The notes under the pieces: generated by a model
Databases searched by the model: none
Told to the model about the DNA's origin: nothing
The model's input: only the letters and a program-made list of their open reading frames with translations
Origin: Vulcanimicrobiota bacterium
GTDB taxonomy: Bacteria; Vulcanimicrobiota; Vulcanimicrobiia; Vulcanimicrobiales; Vulcanimicrobiaceae
Reading direction: 5' to 3'
DNA length: 64,000 nucleotides
Assembly (NCBI GenBank): GCA_963786105.1
Contig: CAWAXX010000014.1
Span: 128,001 to 192,000, forward strand
Shown: positions 30,058-38,926 of the stretch, piece after piece
Position numbering within the stretch: position 1 is the first letter of the stretch
How the letters are laid out: each line of letters starts with the position of its first letter
Made by a program: the position numbers and the translations under genes

Positions 30058-31485
30058 GTGAGCCTATACGAATTCGGACCCCTTCATCTCGATGCCGAAC
30101 GCCTGCTGTTGCTCGATGGCGGCGTACCAGTTGCGCTCGGGCCGAAGGTCGTCGAAACCCTCTTGGCGCTGATCGAACATCCCGGCGACGTGCTTACCAA
30201 AAGTGCGTTGCTCGATCGAATTTGGCCCGAAGGCTACGTCGATGAAGCGAACCTCGCGCAAAACGTTTACGTGTTGCGCAAGACGCTGCGCGCGCGCTGG
30301 GACGTCGATGCAATTGAGACGATCCCGCGCCGCGGCTACCGCTTCACGGCGGAAGTACGGCGGCGCAATGGAGCGGCGCTGGCCGAACCGGCGATCGCAC
30401 CGGCGGCGATAACGCCGCGCCGGCAGCGTTTTTGGCAGATCGCCGTGGTCGCCGTGCTCGCTTTGGTTCTGAGCGGCGGGATGGGATTGAGACTGCTGTC
30501 GGCGCGAGCCGACGCGAACCGTCCGCTGTCGGTCGAAGGCGCGCGACTCTACCAGATCGGCCGCTACTATTGGAACTTGCGCACCCCTGACGGCATCGCG
30601 AAAAGCCTGGCGTATTTCTCACGGGTCGTCGATACCGATCCGCTCGACGCCCGCGGCTACGGCGCGCTCGCGTCGGCCAACGCAATCATGGGCGACTATC
30701 AGTATGGACCGCTACGCCCGAGCGTCTACGTCGCTCGCGCACGTGCTTACGCGCGCAAAGCGCTGGCAATCGATCCAAAGTACGGCGAGGCTTACGCGGT
30801 CTTGGGGATGTTGTCTACCGAAAAAGGTTCCATGTCGGACGGACAGATGTCGCTCGGTTTGAGCGACTTGCAGCGCGCGATCGCGCTCGATCCGGGCAGC
30901 GGCCCGGCACACGAATGGTACGGAATTGCGTTGTTCGAGGGCGGCCGTTTCGACGAGGCCTATTCCGAGCTGCGGCAAGCTGCCGCACTCGATCCGCTGT
31001 CGGTGGCGACGACCGCGTGGCTGGGCAATGCCGCCCGGCTCGAACGCCGATACGACGACGCCATCAACTACGCACGCGAAACGCTCGATCTCTCACCCAA
31101 GCGCGTCGAAGTGTACGAAACGCTGGGCCTCGCATACGAAGCCCGCGGCGATCTGCCTCGCGCCATCGAGGCGTACGCGCACTTGGCGGTCGCAAACGTT
31201 GAGTACCGGGCCGAGGCAGCCGCGCTGCTGGCGGAAGCGTACGCTAAATCGAACCGCATGTCCGAAGCACGCAAGCAGATGGCGTATGCCCGCGCTCATG
31301 CCAAGGACGTCGATCCGGGCGATCTCGCCATCGCGATGGCAGCGGTGGGACAACGAGGTCTCGCGCTCTCGTGGCTGCGCCGCATGCACGGTAAACCATA
31401 CGTGCGCGCCGAGATCGCGAGCGATCCCCGCTTCAACGCCCTGCGCAACGACGCGCAGATCGCCCAGATGCAGAAACCGGCGTAA
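30058..31485 (+). CDS. CadC/ToxR-like winged-helix regulator with TM segment and TPR domain
   Basis: YEFGP…L.PK…L..L…IW…V.E.NL.Q.V..LRK.L…IETIPRRGYRF; one TM; TPR repeats. Confidence 0.85.
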   Translation: MSLYEFGPLHLDAERLLLLDGGVPVALGPKVVETLLALIEHPGDVLTKSALLDRIWPEGYVDEANLAQNVYVLRKTLRARWDVDAIETIPRRGYRFTAEVRRRNGAALAEPAIAPAAITPRRQRFWQIAVVAVLALVLSGGMGLRLLSARADANRPLSVEGARLYQIGRYYWNLRTPDGIAKSLAYFSRVVDTDPLDARGYGALASANAIMGDYQYGPLRPSVYVARARAYARKALAIDPKYGEAYAVLGMLSTEKGSMSDGQMSLGLSDLQRAIALDPGSGPAHEWYGIALFEGGRFDEAYSELRQAAALDPLSVATTAWLGNAARLERRYDDAINYARETLDLSPKRVEVYETLGLAYEARGDLPRAIEAYAHLAVANVEYRAEAAALLAEAYAKSNRMSEARKQMAYARAHAKDVDPGDLAIAMAAVGQRGLALSWLRRMHGKPYVRAEIASDPRFNALRNDAQIAQMQKPA

Positions 31486-31498
31486 GCGCTTCCTTCCG

Positions 31499-31939
31499 AT
31501 GTCCGGCTTCTGGAAATCGCTGAACGAGCGACCGCAACTGGCGCGCACGCTGGCCCGTCACTTAGCGGCGCTCGAGGACGGCTCGGTGCCGCGGCGCACG
31601 CAAGAGTTGTGCGCCCTCATGGTAGCCTGGCTCAATGCCTGTGAGAACTGTACGCAAACGCATTCCGAGATGGCGCTTGCGCTGGGAGTCGATCGTGGCA
31701 CCCTCGACGAGCTCGGAGATTTCGCCCGCAGCGAGCGTTTTTCGCCGAGCGAGCGGGCGGCGCTCGCGGCGACGGTGGCGTTGACGCGCGAGCCGCGAGC
31801 CTTGCCGCAAGGCCTGCGCGATCAGCTCGAGCTTCACTACGATTCGGGTGAAATTGTGGAAATCGTTGCGGCGATCGGACTGCACAACTATCTCACGCGC
31901 GCGAATAACGCGCTACGCGCGCCGGCGCCGATCGCTTAG
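31499..31939 (+). CDS. Carboxymuconolactone decarboxylase/AhpD family protein
   Basis: EL….V…NACENCTQTH motif; FSPSERAAL. Confidence 0.85.
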   Translation: MSGFWKSLNERPQLARTLARHLAALEDGSVPRRTQELCALMVAWLNACENCTQTHSEMALALGVDRGTLDELGDFARSERFSPSERAALAATVALTREPRALPQGLRDQLELHYDSGEIVEIVAAIGLHNYLTRANNALRAPAPIA

Positions 31940-31953
31940 CGTCGACGCTCGCG

Positions 31954-33528
31954 CTACGTCGTACCGGTAGCGCGCGCGACGACGCGCTCGACCTTTACCA
32001 ACCGCGTGCGAGTCCAGCGGTCGTGCAAGAGGACCCGTCGCCAAACGAAGCTCAACGGTACGATCAGCCACCAAAGGAGCAAAACCAGCACGTAACGGCC
32101 GACGGCGCGCCAGATTCCGGGACGGCGAAAATCGGTGGTGACGACGCGCAGTCCGGCAATCATCATGCCGAAACTCTGTCCACCGAGGGCAACTAAGAGC
32201 GCCATGTACACCGAAAACCATACCGACTTTCCGGTGCTGTTATTCGGATTGAAGATGGTCGGCGTGATGACGAAGCTTCCTATTCGGAGATGAGGCTGGC
32301 CGGTTTCCGCGTTGAAGACCAACGGACCGACCTGCTCGTCTGTGTCCGTCGGAGATGGTGCTGCAGTCGGCTGGGCTTTCCGGTGCGATGGGCTCGCTGA
32401 CGGTGCGGGCGTCGACGTCTCGATTCGTACCGTGTTTGCGGTATTGCCGGCGCCGCTGCCGGCAAACGAGTTGATGATCGCCAGTACGACGACGGCGTCG
32501 ATGGCGAAGGCAGCGAAGCGACGCCACCACCCGGCGCAGTCGCGAAGGCCAACGGTGGTCGATCCCGGCGCCGCCAAGGCGGGCGGCTCCTCGCCGCGTT
32601 CGCGCAAGAACCATTCTTCCGCGGTCGTATAGGCGTTCGAGGCGATGAAGGTACGCAGAGCGGCGATGCGCGTGGTCGCATAGGGCTCGCTACCCAACCA
32701 GGTACCCCAGCGCGAAATCGTATCCGCTTCAATCTCGGCGTGCTGCTCGGCAAACGCTTGATAGTCGACCTTCCGTCCGAACTCATGAAACTCGGCGACG
32801 CCGATCGCGCGGATCGCCGCGTCGAGCGTGCCGCAGCAGAGCAGTCCGACTTTGTCGCACGTCATCGTGCACCGTCGCAGCCAGCCGCCGAAGATCAGCG
32901 CGATCAGCGGGTTCTCCTTGCCGTTGACGCTGAGCAGTGAAAGAAAGCGCGTGTGTCCGGCGGCGATGTGCCCTAGCTCGCGACCGATCATGAAGGCCAG
33001 CTCGTCGTCGCGGAAGACTTCGATCCAGTGGCTGCTGAGCACCAACGCATACGGCTCGCCGAATCCGAGAGCCGCTACCGGCACGAAATTGTCTTCCCGC
33101 GCGAACACGAGCGGCATCGGGATTTCCAACGCCGCACAGGCGCGCTTTACGATAGCGAAGACGCGCGGATACTGCGTATCGTGCACGCGCACGCTCGATC
33201 CCAGCAGGCGCCCGCGCGCCAGCGTCACGTACACCATCGCGATAACGATGAACAGGGCGACCTGCGACGCACCGATCGATTCGTGCAGCACGTACCCGAT
33301 GAACAGCGCGGCTGGTAACGCGCAAATGGCCGTCAGCCAGAAAGCGACGCGTTCGGACCTGTCCCGAAGCGAGCCGGGTCCATCGAAGAGCGAGTGCTGC
33401 GCAAGCGAGAACTGCATGTCCGCAGGCGGCTTCACCCTCGAGCACGCGACGCCCGCTTTTCGCATAAGCAGCCCGGGAACGCGCCAGGCGAAGTCCCGGA
33501 AGGTATTGACGGCGTCGAACGAGTCCAT
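31954..33528 (-). CDS. M48-like (degenerate) peptidase domain fused to RDD domain
   Basis: M48-type context DELAFMIG-RELGH; RDD motifs AGWWRRFAAFAID, GQSFGM…GLRVV, LHDRW..T..V. Confidence 0.75.
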   Translation of the reverse strand: MDSFDAVNTFRDFAWRVPGLLMRKAGVACSRVKPPADMQFSLAQHSLFDGPGSLRDRSERVAFWLTAICALPAALFIGYVLHESIGASQVALFIVIAMVYVTLARGRLLGSSVRVHDTQYPRVFAIVKRACAALEIPMPLVFAREDNFVPVAALGFGEPYALVLSSHWIEVFRDDELAFMIGRELGHIAAGHTRFLSLLSVNGKENPLIALIFGGWLRRCTMTCDKVGLLCCGTLDAAIRAIGVAEFHEFGRKVDYQAFAEQHAEIEADTISRWGTWLGSEPYATTRIAALRTFIASNAYTTAEEWFLRERGEEPPALAAPGSTTVGLRDCAGWWRRFAAFAIDAVVVLAIINSFAGSGAGNTANTVRIETSTPAPSASPSHRKAQPTAAPSPTDTDEQVGPLVFNAETGQPHLRIGSFVITPTIFNPNNSTGKSVWFSVYMALLVALGGQSFGMMIAGLRVVTTDFRRPGIWRAVGRYVLVLLLWWLIVPLSFVWRRVLLHDRWTRTRLVKVERVVARATGTT

Positions 33529-33721
33529 TTGGCGCGCCCCAGGGGAGTCTTTAGCGGATCGAGACGATGAGCGCGCCATGGTTCGAGGCCCCACGAAGTG
33601 GGGGGCGCGGAGCCGGGGGCGGAGCGCCTTTCAAACATACAGGCCTCACGGCCGAAATTCACGTTAGAGCCGCGCTTTCGGACCTCAAGACTTTCCGGGC
33701 CAAAATTTTTTGCTCGGGCGC

Positions 33722-33785
33722 TTGACACCGGGGGGGCTAATGGCTAATATACTAGTGTACTAGTACAACAGTAGGTTGGTACTAG
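33722..33785 (+). promoter_or_regulatory. Sigma70 promoter plus probable YtrA/GntR operator
   Basis: TTGACA 33722-33727, 17 nt, TAATAT 33745-33750; perfect palindrome TGTACTAGTACA 33756-33767; TACTAG at 33750, 33758 and 33780. Confidence 0.75.
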
Positions 33786-33808
33786 ACAATCGAAAGGACT
33801 TGAAAGCC

Positions 33809-33928
33809 ATGACGTACCTTGCCATCAACCCAACCGAGAACGAAAACGCCCGCGAACTCCGCACCACCGTGCGCTTGCCCGACCAGACGTCTAGCCGCCT
33901 GTTCCAAGGCTGGGGCCCGAAGTTCTAA
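33809..33928 (+). CDS. 39-aa small protein MTYLAINPTENENARELRTTVRLPDQTSSRLFQGWGPKF (not in ORF track)
   Basis: GAAAGGA RBS 10 nt upstream; GC3-rich codons; first ORF after the promoter; ends 18 nt before the GntR gene. Confidence 0.65.
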   Translation: MTYLAINPTENENARELRTTVRLPDQTSSRLFQGWGPKF

Positions 33929-33946
33929 AGGTACCGACCTAAAGAT

Positions 33947-34345
33947 ATGCCGGCCGTGTTAACGGTCGATGCGCGCAGCGGCGTGCCGATCTACCTGCAA
34001 ATCATCGAGCAAGTCAAGCGATCTGTCGCTTTGGGAATCTTGCAAGCAGGCGAACAGCTCCCGACCGTCAAGCAGCTCGCGCTCGATCTCACGATCAATC
34101 CGAACACCGTTGCGCGGGCCTACCGCGATCTCGAACGCGACAGCGTCATCGAAACCGCTCCGGGTCGAGGATCGTTCGTCCGCGCCGACGGCGCGGCGGA
34201 TTCGGCCAGAACGGCTGCCACCGACGTGGCCCGCGACGCCCTCGCTCTGGCACTGCGTGAAGCCAAGTCGGTAGGACTCTCCCGCAGCGAGGTTCGCGAA
34301 TTGATCGATCTTGCACTCGACCGGTGGTTTCCGGAGGAACGATGA
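33947..34345 (+). CDS. GntR-family regulator, YtrA subfamily
   Basis: PIYLQI..Q…LPTVKQLA.DL.INPNTVARAYR.LE…GRGSFV with short C-terminal helix. Confidence 0.92.
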   Translation: MPAVLTVDARSGVPIYLQIIEQVKRSVALGILQAGEQLPTVKQLALDLTINPNTVARAYRDLERDSVIETAPGRGSFVRADGAADSARTAATDVARDALALALREAKSVGLSRSEVRELIDLALDRWFPEER

Positions 34346-35256
34346 GTACGATTCAAATCTCACACCTGCGCAAGACCTACGGCTCTTTCGCAGCCGTTGA
34401 CGACTTCTCGCTGCAAATACCCGCGGGTAGCGTCTTCGGCTTGCTGGGACCAAACGGTGCCGGCAAGACGACCGTGTTCAAGTGTATGCTCGGCTTAGCG
34501 CGGATGGCCGGCGGCGAGATTCTGTACGACGGAAAACCGCTCGTTCCGGCGACGTTCGAGCGCATCGCCTACGTCCCGGAGCGAAGTGCTCTGTACGAGT
34601 GGATGACGGTCGCGGATCACGTCGAGATGAACCGGCGCGCCTTTTCGAAGTTCGATTCTGCCCGCGCATTCGAGCTGCTCGGCCTGTTCGGCGTCGAACC
34701 GCGGAAGCGCGGTCGCGCGCTCTCCAAGGGCATGCGCACCGCCGTGATGGTGGCCCTAGCGTTTGCACGAAATGCCGACGTGATGATTCTCGACGAACCG
34801 ACTAGCGGACTCGACCCGGTGAACCAGCGTCATGTCTTGAGTCTCATCATCAACGAGGCGGCTCGCGGAAACTCGGTCATTTTCTCGTCACACCAGATCG
34901 GTCAGGTGGAGCGCGCCGCCGAATTTATCGCCGTAATGGATCGCGGGCGCCTCGTACTCGAAGGCGCTGTTGACGACCTCAAAGCCGATCGCAAGATCGT
35001 CGAAGGGATTTTCCCCGACGCTTCCTATTCGCTCAACGGTATCGCGGCAGATCCGCACGTCGCGCGGATCGATCGCACCGAACGGATCGCCCGGCTGTTG
35101 GTGCTCGCCGATGCCGAGGGGATCGCTCAACGTCTTTCCTCCGCCGGTGCAACCGGCGTACGCATCCTCGACCTCAATCTCGAAGACATCTTTCTCTACG
35201 CGGTCTCACCGGCCGACGCCACCGCCGACGTCGTGGCGAAGGCGGGCTCGTCGTGA
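34342..35256 (+). CDS. ABC transporter ATP-binding protein (YtrB-like)
   Basis: GPNGAGKT, LSKGM, ILDEPTSGLDP, SSH. Confidence 0.93.
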   Translation: MSTIQISHLRKTYGSFAAVDDFSLQIPAGSVFGLLGPNGAGKTTVFKCMLGLARMAGGEILYDGKPLVPATFERIAYVPERSALYEWMTVADHVEMNRRAFSKFDSARAFELLGLFGVEPRKRGRALSKGMRTAVMVALAFARNADVMILDEPTSGLDPVNQRHVLSLIINEAARGNSVIFSSHQIGQVERAAEFIAVMDRGRLVLEGAVDDLKADRKIVEGIFPDASYSLNGIAADPHVARIDRTERIARLLVLADAEGIAQRLSSAGATGVRILDLNLEDIFLYAVSPADATADVVAKAGSS

Positions 35257-36287
35257 CGTACGTCGAGTGGCTGCGCGTCCGCGGCGTTATGAAGTGGACG
35301 GCAATCGTCCTCGTCCTCTTGGTTGCTTTGCTGATCGTACTGCGAATCTCGCTGCTGGCCGTTGGGTCGAACGACGCGTTATCGTTCGTTCACGGCGTGG
35401 AAGTGAACCAAGACTCGCACGTCACGCATTCAACCCTGCCCGACGGCGCGTCCCGCACGGTGATCGACAATGCGAAGCAGAGCGTGCACATCGTGGTGGA
35501 CGATCGTGGCTACCAGGGAAAACACATCCAGATTTTCGAGTCGTCGGCGCACGCTTCGCACCACTCGCACAGGACGATTTCGATGGGCGATATTCACGTC
35601 GAAACGCTTCCAACCGGAAACGTCACGGTCACCACCATCGACACCAGCCAGCCGGAAGACCTCGCGTATTATTTCTCGATCGCATCGTTCGTTGCGTTGA
35701 TCGTCGGCACGGTTCTCGGAGCACCGTTTGCCCGCGAAAACGACGGACATCTCGAGATCGCGCTGACCAAACCAGTCGGTCGCGAAAGGCTGGCGCTGGG
35801 CATGATCGGCGCGGACCTCGCCGGCATTGGGGCGGCGTGGGTGATGACGGTGATCTTCCTCGTCGTAGGACATACCATCTTCGAGGCGCCGCACTTTGCG
35901 TTCGGTCCCAACGACGGGATCCTCGTCGCGCTAGGATTGGCCGGCGACGTTGCCTGGTATGCGATGCTGTGCGCCGCGACGGCGTCGATGCGGCGGTCGT
36001 ACGGTGCGGTCCTCGGCTTCGCCTGGCCGATCGCCGGCGTCATCGCCGTTCTCGCTAAGGTGAACCTCAGCAGTTCGCAGATCGGCCAAGTCATTCATAC
36101 GATCGTCACTCCGCTTTCCTGGATCGATCCCTTTCACTACCTGCACTTTGGGCCGGCGTTCACGGTGGATGGACGGCCCGCCGGCTCGATGGCGGTCTCG
36201 CCGGGCCTAGAGCTTCCGATTCTTCTGATACTCGCGCTTGTTTACGGCGCGCTCGCCGTTCTTCAATGGCGTCGCGTGGAGGCCTAA
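35253..36287 (+). CDS. Putative ABC permease with extracytoplasmic domain (copy 1)
   Basis: TM1, ~110-aa loop, 5 TM; FARENDGHLEIALTKP; GTGA overlap. Confidence 0.8.
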   Translation: MTYVEWLRVRGVMKWTAIVLVLLVALLIVLRISLLAVGSNDALSFVHGVEVNQDSHVTHSTLPDGASRTVIDNAKQSVHIVVDDRGYQGKHIQIFESSAHASHHSHRTISMGDIHVETLPTGNVTVTTIDTSQPEDLAYYFSIASFVALIVGTVLGAPFARENDGHLEIALTKPVGRERLALGMIGADLAGIGAAWVMTVIFLVVGHTIFEAPHFAFGPNDGILVALGLAGDVAWYAMLCAATASMRRSYGAVLGFAWPIAGVIAVLAKVNLSSSQIGQVIHTIVTPLSWIDPFHYLHFGPAFTVDGRPAGSMAVSPGLELPILLILALVYGALAVLQWRRVEA

Positions 36288-36291
36288 GACT

Positions 36292-36444
36292 ATGGAAATA
36301 CTCGGAACCAACTTCACGTTCTCGCTCGGGGCCTGGCGTTTACGCTTCGTCCTCGCCATCGAAGACGCCGACGCTCAACCGATGCCCAAGGCGCCGCCGC
36401 CGCATCGCGTGCGCGTCATGCCCGAAGACGAGTTCGTGCGCTGA
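36292..36444 (+). CDS. 50-aa small protein MEILGTNFTFSLGAWRLRFVLAIED…
   Basis: GGAGG RBS 36278-36282; stop overlaps the next start (TGATG). Confidence 0.6.
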   Translation: MEILGTNFTFSLGAWRLRFVLAIEDADAQPMPKAPPPHRVRVMPEDEFVR

Positions 36445-37460
36445 TGACCTACGTCGAGTGGCTGCGTGTCCGCGGAGCGCTGAAGTGGATCGCGATCGTG
36501 CTCCTCGCGTTCTTCGTCGTCACCGCAATCGGTCGCGTCTGGGCATTCGGACTAGGGGGCGGTCCGTTGACGCGCATCGCGCGGCTACAAGCCGACCCGA
36601 GCTCACGAGTGACCGAAACGACCGCCCCGGACGGAGCTCGCCGGACGGTCATCGACGATCCGAAAGAACGAGTTCACGTCACGATCGATGAATACGGCTG
36701 GGCGCGCAAGCACATCGAAATTTTCGATCGCTCCTCGCGCGACCATTCGAAAGAAACGATCGTTGCCGGCACCGTTCAAGTGCGGAAGCTCCCATCGGTC
36801 GGCGGTTCGCTGGTCGTCATCGACACGAACGGAATCCCGTTCTCGACGTTTGCGCTCGTAGGTATCGTGGTCGCGCTCGTCTTCGCCAGCGTCGTGGGCT
36901 CGCCGTTTGCGCGTGAAAACGACGGCCATCTCGAGGTCGCCTTGACTAAACCGATCGGGCGAACGGCGCTGAGCCTGGAGACCATCGCGGTCGATGCCGC
37001 GGGAATCGTTGCGGCCTTCGCGCTCGGTGTGGCGTTCGCGTTCCTGTGCGCCGCCGTGTTCGAACCTCCGCGGGTCACCTACGATGTAAACGATTTCTTT
37101 GCAACGCTGCTGGGCATCGTCGGGCCGCTGTCGTGGTACGCGCTGCTCAACGCGTCGACGGCGTCGCTGAAGCGCGGCTACGGTACCGTCGTCGGTTTCG
37201 CGTGGCCGGCGGCGTTGCTGATTTTCGGGCTTAGCCGGATTCAACCCGACGGAAACATGATGCTCTTCGTCGTGAGCAACATCTTCAAAGGGCTTGCCGT
37301 CTTCGATCCGGTGTCGTACCTGCACATCTCCTTTCCGGCTGAAATCGCCGGCAAATCCGTCGCCGGCACGTCGACCCAAATCAACGTGCTCGCGCTCGCG
37401 TTGTTGTCGGTGCTCTACGGCGGGCTGGCGGTTTTCCAGTGGCGGCGAATCGAAAACTAG
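36444..37460 (+). CDS. Putative ABC permease (paralogous copy 2)
   Basis: Same MTYVEWLRVRG start, FARENDGHLE.ALTKP and C-terminal QWRR.E as copy 1. Confidence 0.8.
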   Translation: MTYVEWLRVRGALKWIAIVLLAFFVVTAIGRVWAFGLGGGPLTRIARLQADPSSRVTETTAPDGARRTVIDDPKERVHVTIDEYGWARKHIEIFDRSSRDHSKETIVAGTVQVRKLPSVGGSLVVIDTNGIPFSTFALVGIVVALVFASVVGSPFARENDGHLEVALTKPIGRTALSLETIAVDAAGIVAAFALGVAFAFLCAAVFEPPRVTYDVNDFFATLLGIVGPLSWYALLNASTASLKRGYGTVVGFAWPAALLIFGLSRIQPDGNMMLFVVSNIFKGLAVFDPVSYLHISFPAEIAGKSVAGTSTQINVLALALLSVLYGGLAVFQWRRIEN

Positions 37461-37478
37461 CGCCTCGACGAGCCCGCG

Positions 37479-37731
37479 ATCCTGAGCGGAGCGCCGCAGG
37501 CGCGCAGTCGAAGGACGATCGTTTCAACATTACTCGCCAAACTGAGGGCGTCTGGACGCCGAGCGGAGGCACGGATGCCGGGAGCGACGCGCCAGCCGAG
37601 TAGCGTTTTCGCACGGACGCGAAAACGCGAACGTCCCGAAGGTGGCGAGTAATGTTGAACTTGGGGTCCCTCGACTGCGCTCGCTAACGCTCGCTCCGCT
37701 CAGGATGACAGGGCGCTCCGCTCAGGATGAC
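37479..37731. repeat. Composite palindromic REP/MITE-like element, copy 1
   Basis: Terminal IRs ATCCTGAGCGGAGCG…CGCTCCGCTCAGGATGAC (extra right end 37713-37731); 17-bp inner stem 37523-37539/37643-37659; near-identical core to 61783-62017. Confidence 0.9.
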
Positions 37732-37762
37732 GCAAAAAGACCGCCGCGTTCGGGAGTCGGGG

Positions 37763-38926
37763 CTATAAGACGAAGCCGTTAAGGACAGCCGGCCGCGCAA
37801 ATTTGAATCCGTCCTTGCCGACCGTGTAGATGTAGATGTTCGGTATGAGGGGATCGCCGTACACGTTAAAACTGTATTGGCCGACCAAGGTCGTAAACGT
37901 CGGGCTGCGTTGCATCGACGCCAGCAAAGAGAACCGCGTGGACGAGTTGTTGCGTTGTGAGGCGGTGATCAACACCTGGGCGGCTGCGTAGCCATAGGCC
38001 GAAAACGCGGTGATGGGACCGACCTCACGCTGGAAATCGATCAACAGCGCAACGGCGCTCGGAACTCGCTCGAGCGGAGGGAGCGAAGAGGCGACGTACG
38101 AACCGTCGAGGACTCTCGCGTGTTCGGCGATCGTTTCGCTGTTGTAAAAACCGTCGCTCGCGCCGAAATCGCCGGCGTAACCCGCCACTCGCAGCGCTTC
38201 GGCAAGCGACCCCAACGCGGCCGTCGTTCCGCATAGAAAAACGTAGCCGGGGCTGCGGTCGAGTACGGTGCGGGCGGCTGCGCCCGGGTCGATGCCTTTT
38301 GCCGGGAACAACAGGACGTCGGCAGCGTGCCGGTCCGACTTGGCCTGCTGGACGAAGCCGCGCGCAACGTCGTATCCATAGTCGCCGTCGAGCGCGACGG
38401 CGATGGCCGCTGCGCCCCGCTTCTCCGGTAGCACCGTGGATGCGAAGAGCCGGCCCGACGTGCTGTCCTTTGCCGGGAGCCGGAAGATATTGTGATAGCC
38501 GCGGTTGGTTAGAGCGTCGGCGGTGACCGTCGGGACGACGACGGCGAAGTTTACGTTGGCATAGCGCGAGAGCGCCGCCAGCGTCATGGGACCGGTCAAG
38601 TTGCCGACGATGCCGATGACGCTCGGATCCGCGGCGGCGACGCTGGCGTTGGTGGCCGCGAGCGCGGCATCGTTGCGATCGTCATACGTTCGCATGCCCC
38701 AAACGTGCGAGACCGGAGCGGTGAAGCGATTGGTCTCGTCGACGGCGGCTTGCACTCCGCGGACGACGTCGTAACCATATTTTTGCAATGGCCCCGACAG
38801 CGTGACGTTGACGCCGACCGTCAGCTGCTGCAGAAACTGCTGATTTAGAATTTGCGCGCGCCCCCGCGCGGTTAGCGAGCCGAAGGCCGCGGCTCCGGCC
38901 GCCGCCAGAAACGCCGGCCGTCTCAC
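37763..38926 (-). CDS. Branched-chain amino acid-type (Peripla_BP_6) substrate-binding protein, Tat-like signal
   Basis: RRPAFL N-terminus; LSGP…G..GVQAAVDETN, YDD.ND, IFRL, DYG, YGYAA. Confidence 0.8.
   Translation of the reverse strand: MRRPAFLAAAGAAAFGSLTARGRAQILNQQFLQQLTVGVNVTLSGPLQKYGYDVVRGVQAAVDETNRFTAPVSHVWGMRTYDDRNDAALAATNASVAAADPSVIGIVGNLTGPMTLAALSRYANVNFAVVVPTVTADALTNRGYHNIFRLPAKDSTSGRLFASTVLPEKRGAAAIAVALDGDYGYDVARGFVQQAKSDRHAADVLLFPAKGIDPGAAARTVLDRSPGYVFLCGTTAALGSLAEALRVAGYAGDFGASDGFYNSETIAEHARVLDGSYVASSLPPLERVPSAVALLIDFQREVGPITAFSAYGYAAAQVLITASQRNNSSTRFSLLASMQRSPTFTTLVGQYSFNVYGDPLIPNIYIYTVGKDGFKFARPAVLNGFVL

Noticed and set aside
33730..33736. G7 tract in the ytr-like promoter spacer as a phase-variation switch
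   Set aside because: Seven G is short and common in high-GC DNA; it would need read-level length variation to support.
33809..33928. RiPP biosynthetic cluster around the 39-aa peptide
   Set aside because: No radical SAM, YcaO, lanthipeptide, lasso or P450 maturase nearby; kept only as a small-protein finding.
37381..37614. Similar short ORFs at 37381-37614 and 61730-61960 (RKRYSAGASL…)
   Set aside because: They are translations of the repeat element itself; no RBS and differing starts and stops.
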